Assembly (NCBI RefSeq): GCF_009734345.1
Contig: NZ_CP032551.1
Coordinates: 450,001 to 482,000, forward strand
Source: Pseudidiomarina andamanensis
Lineage (GTDB): Bacteria; Pseudomonadota; Gammaproteobacteria; Enterobacterales; Alteromonadaceae
DNA length: 32,000 bases
Reading direction: 5' to 3'
The stretch's first letter is position 1; each line of letters opens with the position of its first letter. The notes beneath the pieces are model-generated. The model was not told the DNA's origin. It ran no database searches and saw only the letters and a list, made by a program, of their open reading frames with translations. Position numbers and translations under genes: made by a program. Of the stretch, positions 1 to 7,891 are shown in pieces.

Positions 1-173
1 TCAAGCCAGAAATTGATGCAGGACATTTAATTCAAATATTCCCTGATGCCTTACCACGGCAGAAATCTTTTTATCTTGTTTGTCGTGACTCTCAGTCAGA
101 AGTCGGTAAAATCGCCACCTTCCGAAATTGGCTACTGCAAGTGGTCGAAGAAGAAGAGGATAGTTATGAGTGA
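1..173 (+). CDS. LysR-family transcriptional regulator, C-terminal fragment (5' end outside window), GcvA-like
   Basis: Frame 3 (from nt 3) reads KPEIDAGHLIQIFPDALPRQKSFYLVCRDSQSEVGKIATFRNWLLQVVEEEEDSYE, stop TGA at 171-173. The YLVC...FRxWLL tail is typical of the GcvA/AmpR subgroup of LysR regulators. Its position near rlmM mirrors the E. coli gcvA-ygdD-rlmM neighbourhood (from memory). This ORF is missing from the supplied track because it is open at the window edge. Confidence 0.6.
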   Translation, partial: KPEIDAGHLIQIFPDALPRQKSFYLVCRDSQSEVGKIATFRNWLLQVVEEEEDSYE

Positions 174-801
174 TAACCAGCGTGTTGCGATTCATCGCGA
201 TAACGCCGATGGTCAATATCGAGTGATTTTTGCGCACGGCGCCGGTGCTGGGTTACAAAGCGATTTTATGCAATATATCGCGCTGGCATTAGCACTGAAC
301 GATATTGAAGTGGTTCGCTTTAACTTTCCTTATTGGCAAAAATTTATGGATTCAGGTGTACGTCGACCACCGAATCGAATGTCTGAGCTGGAGCATTGCA
401 TGCGCACCGTGGCAAGCCAGTTTAATGACGACAAACCATTGTTTTTAATGGGGAAGTCAATGGGCTCTCGCGTTGCGTTTCGACTTGCCGATGAGCTGAA
501 TTCAAGAGCCGCCATTGCCTTGGGTTTTCCATTTCACCCAGTTGGCAAACCTGAAAAATTGCGACTGGATGACTTAAATAATCACCGCGAACAGAATCTG
601 ATTATTCAAGGTACACGAGATAACTTTGGCAAGCCTGAGCAGGTGCGCAGTTATCCGTTGCCTGCAAATGTTGCGGTAAAATGGATTGAGGGTGGTGATC
701 ACAGTCTTGAACCAACGAAGCGCAGTGGCTATACGCGCGAGCAATTGTGGCAAGCGGCAGTAAACGAAGTAACGAAACTAATAAAAAGCGTTGATCGTTA
801 G
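166..801 (+). CDS. alpha/beta-fold hydrolase (small KANL3/Tex30-like, COG3571-type predicted hydrolase)
   Basis: ORF 46..801, trimmed to ATG 166 (MSDNQRVAIH...), which overlaps the upstream stop (ATGAGTGA). Nucleophile elbow GKSMGSR (G-x-S-x-G), then GTRDNFG (Asp) and GGDHSL (His), consistent with a Ser-Asp-His triad. About 211 aa. Confidence 0.75.
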   Translation: MSDNQRVAIHRDNADGQYRVIFAHGAGAGLQSDFMQYIALALALNDIEVVRFNFPYWQKFMDSGVRRPPNRMSELEHCMRTVASQFNDDKPLFLMGKSMGSRVAFRLADELNSRAAIALGFPFHPVGKPEKLRLDDLNNHREQNLIIQGTRDNFGKPEQVRSYPLPANVAVKWIEGGDHSLEPTKRSGYTREQLWQAAVNEVTKLIKSVDR

Positions 802-802
802 T

Positions 803-897
803 CGTTATTGGTTATTCGAAACAGATAAAAGTAAGTCATTAGGTTTGAATCTTTGCTCTACGAATAACCAATAACGAAATTCGAATAACGAATAACG
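803..897. repeat. three-arm AT-rich inverted/direct repeat element in the hydrolase-rlmM spacer
   Basis: Arm A is cgttattggttattcg (803-818). Arm A' cgaataaccaataacg (861-876) is its perfect 16-nt reverse complement. Arm A'' cgaataacgaataacg (882-897) is a 15/16 second copy of A'. Together they carry six AATAAC/GTTATT hexamers, paired in 7-nt phase. Confidence 0.7.
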
Positions 898-917
898 CTT
901 TTACCAAGGGGTTATGA

Positions 918-2009
918 ATGACCGGAATTGTGGCCTATTGTCGGCCCGGATTTGAAAATGATTGTGCCGCAGAGCTGCAAGATAAAACCGCAGTACTAGG
1001 CATCTATGGCTATTGCCAAACAAAGCCGCAGCAAGGCTTTGTGGTTTATCGCTGTCAATCGGAAGAAGCAGAGCATTTAGCGAAAAAGTTAATTCTTCGA
1101 GAGTTAATTTTCACGCGCCAGTTCATTGTGATTTTGGCTCATGTCACCGAGCTGCCACAAGAAGATCGGGTAAGTGCGGTGCAAGTGGCGCTGCTTGATG
1201 AGGACGTACAAGAGGCTTTCGCTGGTGTGAAGCCGTGTGGCGATATTCGTGTGGAAACACCCGATACCAATGATGGTAAAGAGCTGTCAAAATTTTGTCG
1301 TAAATTCACTGTGCCACTGCGTCAGGGACTACGTAAAATTGATTGGTTAACGGTGAAAGAAAGCGACCGTCGACCAACGTTGCATGCGTTCTTTTTAAGT
1401 AATCAGGAAGTATATATTGGTTTTTCTTATTCGTTTAACCAATCACCTTGGTTGATGGGTATTCCACGCTTACGTTCGCCAAGTGATGCGCCAAGTCGTT
1501 CAACATTAAAGCTCGACGAAGCGTTTCAAGTGTTTGTGCCAGAGCACGAGCGTGAAGAACGTATCACCTCAGGCATGAACGCCGTTGATCTTGGTGCGGC
1601 GCCTGGTGGTTGGACGTATCAGTTAGTGCGTCGTGGCATGATGGTGCAAGCTGTTGATAATGGTCCAATGGCGCAAAGCTTAATGGATACGGGCCAAGTA
1701 AAACATATTCGCGAAGATGGCTTTAAGTATCGCCCGAAGAAAAAAAACGTGACGTGGTTGGTCTGCGATATGGTTGAGAAACCTGCGCGTGTTGGTGAGC
1801 TGATGACGAGTTGGTTGATTGATGGTGACTGCAAAGAAGCGATTTTCAACTTGAAACTACCAATGAAGCGACGCTATGCCGCAGTGGCAGAATACCTTGA
1901 ACAGATTAAGCAAACGTTAGTTGAACAAGGTCGTGGCCGGTTTGAATTGCAAGCGAAACAGCTTTATCACGATCGCGAAGAGATTACTGTGCATATACGC
2001 TGGCTATAA
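918..2009 (+). CDS. rlmM: 23S rRNA (cytidine2498-2'-O)-methyltransferase RlmM
   Basis: The 363-aa product aligns end to end with remembered E. coli RlmM/YgdE (CRPGFE..CAAE, GIPRL..P.DAPSRSTLKL.EAF, VDLGA.PGGWTYQLV, VDNGPMAQSLMDTGQV, FNLKLPMK.RY, LYHDREE.TVH). Confidence 0.95.
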   Translation: MTGIVAYCRPGFENDCAAELQDKTAVLGIYGYCQTKPQQGFVVYRCQSEEAEHLAKKLILRELIFTRQFIVILAHVTELPQEDRVSAVQVALLDEDVQEAFAGVKPCGDIRVETPDTNDGKELSKFCRKFTVPLRQGLRKIDWLTVKESDRRPTLHAFFLSNQEVYIGFSYSFNQSPWLMGIPRLRSPSDAPSRSTLKLDEAFQVFVPEHEREERITSGMNAVDLGAAPGGWTYQLVRRGMMVQAVDNGPMAQSLMDTGQVKHIREDGFKYRPKKKNVTWLVCDMVEKPARVGELMTSWLIDGDCKEAIFNLKLPMKRRYAAVAEYLEQIKQTLVEQGRGRFELQAKQLYHDREEITVHIRWL

Positions 2010-2037
2010 TTGTCAAAACGTATTGAAAACGAAGCAT

Positions 2038-2077
2038 AAAAAAGCCCAGAACCGTTAGGAACTGGGCTTTTCGTTTT
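2038..2077. terminator. bidirectional rho-independent terminator between convergent rlmM and isocitrate dehydrogenase genes
   Basis: The stem aaaagcccag (2040-2049) pairs with ctgggctttt (2062-2071) around a 12-nt loop. An A-run lies on the left and ttttcgtttt on the right, so a U-tract follows the hairpin on either strand. Confidence 0.8.
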
Positions 2078-2093
2078 GAATGATCAACTAATC

Positions 2094-3098
2094 TTACAGG
2101 CGATCGATGACCGCTTGGGTGAAGTCGGTTGTACCACCAGTACCACCTAAATCACGTGTGGTACGGTCGCCACTTGCAATAACATCAGTAACCGCAGCAA
2201 GAATACGCTTTGCTTGGTCCTGCATACCAAGATATTCCAGCATTTGAATGGCTGCCAAAATAACTGACGTAGGGTTCGCTAAGTTTTGCCCAGCGATATC
2301 TGGTGCTGAGCCGTGAACCGCTTCAAAAATTGCTGATTTGTCGCCAATGTTAGCGCCCGGTGCCATACCTAAGCCGCCAACCAAGCCAGCACAAAGATCC
2401 GATAAAATATCACCAAATAAGTTGGTGGTAACAATCACATCAAATTGCTCTGGGTTCATGACAAGCTTCATGCACACTGCATCAACAATCATTTCATCTG
2501 ATTGAATATCTGGGTATTCCGCTGCGATTTCACGCGCCACTTTAAGGAACAAACCTGAAGTAGACTTCAAAATGTTCGCTTTATGAACCGCAGTTACTTT
2601 TTTACGGCCTTCACGACGTGCTAGCTCGTAAGCAAAGCGAACGATACGCTCAGCACCCGCGCGAGTAATTTTGCTCATTGCTTGGGCTTCTGAGCCATCT
2701 TCAGAGACAACCTGACCTAAGCCTGAGTACATGCCTTCAGTATTTTCACGCACGGTGATGATATCGATATCTTCGTAACGTGCTTTGGTGCCCTTGAATG
2801 ATTTTACTGGACGCACGTTGGCGTACAGATTGAACTGCTTGCGTAAGCTTACGTTGATTGAGGTAAAACCTTCGCCAACAGGCGTTGTCAGCGGGCCTTT
2901 TAAGGTCGCTTTGTTGCGAGCAATAGCATCCAACGTGGCTTGTGGTAAAAGTTCGCCAGTTTTTTCTAAAGCAGCTAAGCCCGCATCAGCAAATTCATAG
3001 TTAAACTCGCAGCCGGCTTTATCAAGAATTTTTAATGTTGCATCGATGATGTCTGGACCAATGCCATCACCTGGAATCACGGTAATTGTGGTGCTCAT
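2094..3098 (-). CDS. isocitrate dehydrogenase, NAD-type, short (334 aa) IDH3-like member of the beta-decarboxylating dehydrogenase family
   Basis: VIPGDGIGPDI N-terminus. Substrate motif TSINVSLRKQFNLYANVRP (the S-x-N of isocitrate enzymes). Cofactor segment HGSAPDIAG carries Asp-Ile where NADP-IDH has Lys-Tyr. The length matches IDH3/IPMDH-size enzymes. Confidence 0.85.
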   Translation of the reverse strand: MSTTITVIPGDGIGPDIIDATLKILDKAGCEFNYEFADAGLAALEKTGELLPQATLDAIARNKATLKGPLTTPVGEGFTSINVSLRKQFNLYANVRPVKSFKGTKARYEDIDIITVRENTEGMYSGLGQVVSEDGSEAQAMSKITRAGAERIVRFAYELARREGRKKVTAVHKANILKSTSGLFLKVAREIAAEYPDIQSDEMIVDAVCMKLVMNPEQFDVIVTTNLFGDILSDLCAGLVGGLGMAPGANIGDKSAIFEAVHGSAPDIAGQNLANPTSVILAAIQMLEYLGMQDQAKRILAAVTDVIASGDRTTRDLGGTGGTTDFTQAVIDRL

Positions 3099-3194
3099 TG
3101 CAGGTACCTTCTTACTTCTAGGGTCGTCAAATGTGAGTACAAAATTGGCGCGAACTATAGCAGATTTTGATGTGTGGAATGGTGCTAAGCATCA

Positions 3195-3566
3195 TTAAAA
3201 AGATTGATACTCGCTATAAGCGTCAGCACCCCAAGCAATCAGCTCGCCATCTTTGAATAACAACGGTGTGCATTCATCACGAGTGGTTATACCGTCTGAT
3301 TTCACGTGGTGAGTGCGATAAAATAGAATCAGCACTTCGCCATTGTCGGTTGCCTTTGCTTCGCTAATATCTGGCGAGCCGAGCAAGCGAATCACGTCAT
3401 CGCGCGGGGTTCCCAAATTCAATCGACCGATTTGCTTCAAATTAAAGGTTTCGCGTTCCTGCCAACTCATGTTTTCAGGATCGGCTTGATAAAAGTGCAG
3501 GACCAGCGCAGCGGCTGCCGCATAAATTGCAAAGCCGATAAGTACGACTTTCAGCATCTTCGACAT
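3195..3566 (-). CDS. small membrane-anchored protein, DUF3192-like (BamE/SmpA-like fold suspected)
   Basis: 123 aa with an N-terminal hydrophobic anchor (VVLIGFAIYAAAAALVL). The conserved-looking core LGSPDISEAK...FYRTHHVKSDGITTRDECTPLLFKDGELIAWG matches my memory of DUF3192 proteins of Vibrio and Shewanella. It sits 22 nt downstream of ppnN. Confidence 0.6.
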   Translation of the reverse strand: MSKMLKVVLIGFAIYAAAAALVLHFYQADPENMSWQERETFNLKQIGRLNLGTPRDDVIRLLGSPDISEAKATDNGEVLILFYRTHHVKSDGITTRDECTPLLFKDGELIAWGADAYSEYQSF

Positions 3567-3588
3567 TGGCTGCGCCTCCCTAGCGATT

Positions 3589-4944
3589 TTAGTCAGTAAT
3601 GACGCGATAACATGGATGATATACCGAACCCGGTAGTTTCATCCGGCTTTGTTCGACGAATGCCCGCAACAATACGTCCAACTTCTTCATCATGTCGGTT
3701 TCGCCATGTATTTCGAACACACCATGTTTGCGAATTGCACGAATACCATCATCTTTCACGTTACCAGCGACAATGGCTGAAAACGCTCGGCGTAAGTCGG
3801 CAGCTAGTGCTTGCGGCTCTTGCTCACGATGAAGGTTTAAGTTTCGTACATTATCATGATTAGGCACGAATGGACGTTGGAACGCTTCATCAATGTGCAG
3901 GGTCCAGTTAAAGCAATACGAGTCACCCGTGTCACGACGATATTCTTTCACTGCTTGAGCGCCCTGAGTCATGGTTTTCGCAACTTCAGCTGGGTCAGCA
4001 ATGATGATTTGATACAATTTACGCGCATCGTCACCTAATGTAGCCGCAATAAAGTCGTCAATAGCTTCAAAATAGCCACGACTGCTTTCAGGGCCAGTCA
4101 GAATAATCGGTAACACCTGACGTTGATTGTTCGGATGCATTAAAATACCGAGAATATAGAGTAATTCTTCGGCTGTGCCTGCGCCACCTGGGAAAATCAC
4201 AATACCATGCGCACAGCGCACAAATGCTTCTAAGCGCTTCTCGATATCAGGCAGAATGACCAATTCGTTGACGATTGGATTTGGTGGTTCTGCGGCAATA
4301 ATTCCTGGCTCAGTGAAACCTAAATAACGGCCATCAACAATACGTTGTTTGGCGTGACCAATGGTTGCACCTTTCATTGGGCCTTTCATAGCGCCTGGGC
4401 CACAACCGGTACAAATATTTAGGCTACGAAGGCCGAGTTGATAACCAACTTCTTTGGTATATTTGTATTCAACTTCGTTAATTGAGTGACCACCCCAACA
4501 AACAATCACATTTGGCTCGAGATTCGGTTGAACCACTTGCGCGTTACGCAAAATATCGAACACTACGTGGGTGAGGGTATGGGTATCGGCTGAATCAAGA
4601 GTTTGTGCGTTATAACGTTCACCGGTAAATAAAATGTCACGCAGCACCGCTTCAACCAGTTCTTGCATACCAGCTATAAGTTTGCCGTCCACAAATGCTT
4701 CAGCAGGTGGATTCACCAGCTCAAGTTGGACACCGCGCTCGCATTTAAGCACATTCACGTCAAAATCTTTGTACTTTTCAAAAATCTCTTCACTGCTGTC
4801 GGTCGTACTTCCCGCATTTAATACCGCCAAGCAGCAGTTGCGAAATAGGCGATACAGTTGTTCGTCGCTACTTTGTTGTAAGCGGTTAATTTCCAATTGC
4901 GACAGCAAGCTCATGCTGCCGCGTGGAGAAATCTTAAATCTCAT
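3589..4944 (-). CDS. ppnN: pyrimidine/purine nucleotide 5'-monophosphate nucleosidase PpnN (LOG family, YgdH)
   Basis: The 451-aa product is near-colinear with remembered E. coli YgdH ([74 protein letters not shown]). The LOG motif PGGxGTxxE is present. Confidence 0.93.
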   Translation of the reverse strand: MRFKISPRGSMSLLSQLEINRLQQSSDEQLYRLFRNCCLAVLNAGSTTDSSEEIFEKYKDFDVNVLKCERGVQLELVNPPAEAFVDGKLIAGMQELVEAVLRDILFTGERYNAQTLDSADTHTLTHVVFDILRNAQVVQPNLEPNVIVCWGGHSINEVEYKYTKEVGYQLGLRSLNICTGCGPGAMKGPMKGATIGHAKQRIVDGRYLGFTEPGIIAAEPPNPIVNELVILPDIEKRLEAFVRCAHGIVIFPGGAGTAEELLYILGILMHPNNQRQVLPIILTGPESSRGYFEAIDDFIAATLGDDARKLYQIIIADPAEVAKTMTQGAQAVKEYRRDTGDSYCFNWTLHIDEAFQRPFVPNHDNVRNLNLHREQEPQALAADLRRAFSAIVAGNVKDDGIRAIRKHGVFEIHGETDMMKKLDVLLRAFVEQSRMKLPGSVYHPCYRVITD

Positions 4945-4963
4945 AGTTTTTCCTTGTTTATTA

Positions 4964-5794
4964 TTATTGGCGACTTAAGCGCACAGACTGAGGTGTTGGC
5001 TCGAAATCAGAACGAAATGGATTTATATCCAAGCCACCGCGGCGTGTGTAACGCGCGTAAACAGTTAACTGTGTTGGTTTGAGTCGCGATTTTATATCCA
5101 TATAAAGCCGTTCAACGCATTGTTCATGAAACTCATTGTGATGTCGAAATGAGATGATATAGCGAAGAAGAGCTGCATGGTCAATTGCCGGACCGTGATA
5201 GCGGATTAATACCGACCCCCAATCTGGCTGATTTGTAATAAGGCAGTTAGATTTCAACAGGTGGCTGTGAAGGGTCTCAGACACGATGTCGTTTGAGCTT
5301 AACTGCAACAGCTCAGGATTATAGTCGTAACAATCAATTTCGATGGCTTGCTCATCAATACAATGCCCAGGTAAATCGCCAAAGGCCAATCGTTGTGCTT
5401 GCTGGACAGTACTAAGCCGAACTGCTACTGAGGCGCCTGCACAATCCGATAAATCAATAGCAAGTTGCTCTTGCACATCAGCCCAGCTGTCCCAACGACT
5501 TTCGTTAAAGCTATTGAGATAGAGCTTGAATGACTTTGATTCAATGAGGTTGGCACTGGTACAAGGCACTCGAAACTCAGCCAAGGCAACTTGCGGTACA
5601 CCGAGGTGATTTAGCCACGACAATTCGTAACCGTGCCAAATGTCATCGCCATGAAACGGTAACTGAGCACCTTCTTCAAGACCAATTGGTGTGCGATTGA
5701 GCTGACGTGGTACCGCTTGCAATAGTGCGGCGTCGTAATGCGTTGGATATTGTGTGGGTTGTCCCAAATTTAAATGGGCAAGCTCTTGCTTCAT
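4964..5794 (-). CDS. queF: NADPH-dependent 7-cyano-7-deazaguanine (preQ0) reductase QueF, two-domain type II
   Basis: 276 aa. QueF motif [12 protein letters not shown] is present, along with NQPDWGSV and the [10 protein letters not shown] segment typical of YqcD-type QueF. Confidence 0.93.
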   Translation of the reverse strand: MKQELAHLNLGQPTQYPTHYDAALLQAVPRQLNRTPIGLEEGAQLPFHGDDIWHGYELSWLNHLGVPQVALAEFRVPCTSANLIESKSFKLYLNSFNESRWDSWADVQEQLAIDLSDCAGASVAVRLSTVQQAQRLAFGDLPGHCIDEQAIEIDCYDYNPELLQLSSNDIVSETLHSHLLKSNCLITNQPDWGSVLIRYHGPAIDHAALLRYIISFRHHNEFHEQCVERLYMDIKSRLKPTQLTVYARYTRRGGLDINPFRSDFEPTPQSVRLSRQ

Positions 5795-5890
5795 CGATTT
5801 TAATTACCTGTTACACTACCGTTTTTAATGCAGTCGGCCATTGTAGCGCCGCTATCATTGAGTTACCAGAAAAAACCATAGGGCTCATTC

Positions 5891-6466
5891 ATGTCGCTTG
5901 TTACCGTATTTGATGACTTTATTCACCGTTATAGCACCGCTTACGCAGAAGTTAATATCCCTTTATTAACTGAAGCTCACGAAGATTGGCAAGCGCCTAT
6001 CTATCGCCAACCTGAAGGTAATGAAGCTGCAGCAGAAGAACTCGTGCATTGGCAACCCATTCTACAACAGGAACCATTGCAATTTGATGATCTTGCTAAT
6101 GCGCTTGAGCAGCCATTTCATCCGGATATCGCAATATTCTACGGACGTTGGTTCGCGGCAGATCTCAATGTCGAGTACGACAATCACCCGTTAATTTTAT
6201 TACAAAACCACTGTCGCGAAGACGGCGAACGATTACAAGCTAATTTAGCAGGGCATGTGTTAATGAAACGCCGACTGCGTCAACCGATCACGCTGTTTAT
6301 TGGATTGGCGGAAGAATCCGATGACTTGCTGATAACCGTTGATAATGAATCTGGTCAAGTTGGACTCGAGTTTGTCGGCCAACCACAACATGAAATATTG
6401 GCGCCATCATTGGCGGCCTTCATCGAAAAAATTAAACCAAGAATTGTCAGCGAAGAAATGGAGTAG
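5891..6466 (+). CDS. syd: SecY-interacting protein Syd
   Basis: 191 aa. It aligns with remembered E. coli Syd (WQP, LLQ.....D..R.Q.NL.GH....RL..P.TLFI...EE, V.N.SG.V). It is divergent from queF, as in E. coli. Confidence 0.85.
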   Translation: MSLVTVFDDFIHRYSTAYAEVNIPLLTEAHEDWQAPIYRQPEGNEAAAEELVHWQPILQQEPLQFDDLANALEQPFHPDIAIFYGRWFAADLNVEYDNHPLILLQNHCREDGERLQANLAGHVLMKRRLRQPITLFIGLAEESDDLLITVDNESGQVGLEFVGQPQHEILAPSLAAFIEKIKPRIVSEEME

Positions 6467-6595
6467 GGTATAGCCAAATTGATCTGGATCAAGTAATTTG
6501 AGCATTAGTTATTTGTAGTTGTAACGTATCCGAGCGTTGAGGTTGTAACGGTGTAGTAGCGCTCACCAAACCGAGTACGAAGGAAAGAGCATAGA

Positions 6596-7258
6596 ATGAC
6601 AACAATAAATCCAGCTCAATTACGTGAAGGGCAATTAACTTATTTAGTTGCTGAAGATTTAAAAATGGCGGCGTCGCTGCTGTATCAGGCCTATCATGAT
6701 GATGCCTTACTCATGTCAATTTTTCAGGCCGATAAACCGGATTATGAAAAACGGTTACGAGCCGCGATACGTGAAGAGTTGATGGCCTTTTGGGAAGCAC
6801 AGCAGCCCATGCTCGGTGTTTTTGATGGTGAGTCATTAATTGGTGTGGTTTGTTTAACCCAGCCGGGCAAAAGTTTTGGGCCAGGAAAATACTGGCACTG
6901 GCGTCTGAAAATGCTATTAACTGCGGGCTATGTGAGTACCATGCAGTTGCTCGAAAAAGAACGTTTAATTCAGGAAGTGATTGGTGGTGATGATTACCAC
7001 ATGCTGGCGTTTATTGCGGTAAGTCCACGTTATCAGCAACAGGGGTGGGGTGATCTATTGGTTCGTGCCGCAAAAGCGGCATTGGATGAAGAGCCGCAAT
7101 CGCGTGGTTTAGCGGTTTATGTCACCCAACCACAACATCTCAAACTGTTTGAGCAAAATAGCTATGAGCTGGTGCAAGAACTTGATGTCGGCGACATTCG
7201 TGGCAAATTATTGTTTCAATCGCGAGTTCAAGCACAAGAGGTGAATCGTGCAGTTTAA
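6596..7258 (+). CDS. GNAT-family N-acetyltransferase
   Basis: 220 aa. Acetyl-CoA pocket signature LAFIAVSPRYQQQGWGDLLVRAA (Q/R-x-x-G-x-G/A). SD-like aaggaaag lies upstream of ATG 6596. Confidence 0.75.
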   Translation: MTTINPAQLREGQLTYLVAEDLKMAASLLYQAYHDDALLMSIFQADKPDYEKRLRAAIREELMAFWEAQQPMLGVFDGESLIGVVCLTQPGKSFGPGKYWHWRLKMLLTAGYVSTMQLLEKERLIQEVIGGDDYHMLAFIAVSPRYQQQGWGDLLVRAAKAALDEEPQSRGLAVYVTQPQHLKLFEQNSYELVQELDVGDIRGKLLFQSRVQAQEVNRAV

Positions 7259-7580
7259 GAATTTCTCTGAGTTTTATCCGTACTATTTAGCGGAGCACGC
7301 TGACCCACGCTGTCGCGCTATGCATTATATTGGCAGTACGTTGGTGTTGGGGGTACTTGTCTACGCAGTATTCACTCAACAGTGGCTTTGGTTAGTGGCT
7401 ATTCCATTCGTGGGATACGGGTTTGCATGGTTGGGGCACTTCGGTTTTGAGCACAACAAGCCGGCGACATTTAAGTATCCGGCTTATTCATTATTAGGCG
7501 ACTGGGTGATGTATGGTCAGTTTCTATTAAGTCTGATTGGCATTAAAACTGGGCCAAAGAATTCTCGCCCGTCTAATTAA
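7248..7580 (+). CDS. DUF962 / Mpo1-like small membrane protein
   Basis: 110 aa with a GTG start that overlaps the GNAT gene by 11 nt. N-terminus FSEFYPYYLAEHADPRCRAMHYIG and WLGHFGFEHNKPATF, with two predicted TM helices between them, resemble the YGL010w/Mpo1-like family as I remember it. Confidence 0.7.
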   Translation: MQFKNFSEFYPYYLAEHADPRCRAMHYIGSTLVLGVLVYAVFTQQWLWLVAIPFVGYGFAWLGHFGFEHNKPATFKYPAYSLLGDWVMYGQFLLSLIGIKTGPKNSRPSN

Positions 7581-7891
7581 TCGGCATTCGGTACGCGATG
7601 GGGCGGCACGGTTACTTCCACTAAGCGTAAGTTAAATAACGTCGCTTGCCCCACGTAGCGACTCTCACCATCACTACTAAAACCAAATTCGTAGGTACTT
7701 AACCAGCCGATATGGCGCGCCCGTTTTGCCGGTCGTCCACTTTGCCAAGCAATATCTAAAAACTGCAATTGGTGCGTTTTGCAATACTGCTCAACGTAGC
7801 GCCGTGCGTGCTCGGCCTGACGTCGACCTTGCCAGAATAGTAAAACCACAAAGCCGACAAAAAGCAGTAAGATGGCATCGCCTAGTATCAT
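7577..7891 (-). CDS. DUF3301-like single-pass membrane protein
   Basis: 104 aa. N-terminal TM (ILLLFVGFVVLLFW) followed by a basic soluble domain. Its start ATG overlaps the upstream DUF3549 stop (ATGA, 7888-7891). Family assignment is from memory. Confidence 0.65.
   Translation of the reverse strand: MILGDAILLLFVGFVVLLFWQGRRQAEHARRYVEQYCKTHQLQFLDIAWQSGRPAKRARHIGWLSTYEFGFSSDGESRYVGQATLFNLRLVEVTVPPHRVPNAD

Noticed and set aside
1740-1747. An A8 homopolymer inside rlmM (codons PKKKN), considered as a possible slippage or phase-variation tract.
   Set aside because: The reading frame is intact and the flanking protein sequence aligns with E. coli RlmM. A housekeeping rRNA methyltransferase is an unlikely contingency locus, and an 8-nt run is short.
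5795-5890. A possible preQ1 riboswitch in the queF/syd divergent spacer, suggested by the A-rich CCAGAAAAAACCATAGGG tract.
   Set aside because: The A-rich tract is on the syd strand, not the queF strand. It lacks the preceding P1 hairpin and the pseudoknot-forming tail of preQ1-I/II motifs. The queF-strand leader shows nothing similar.
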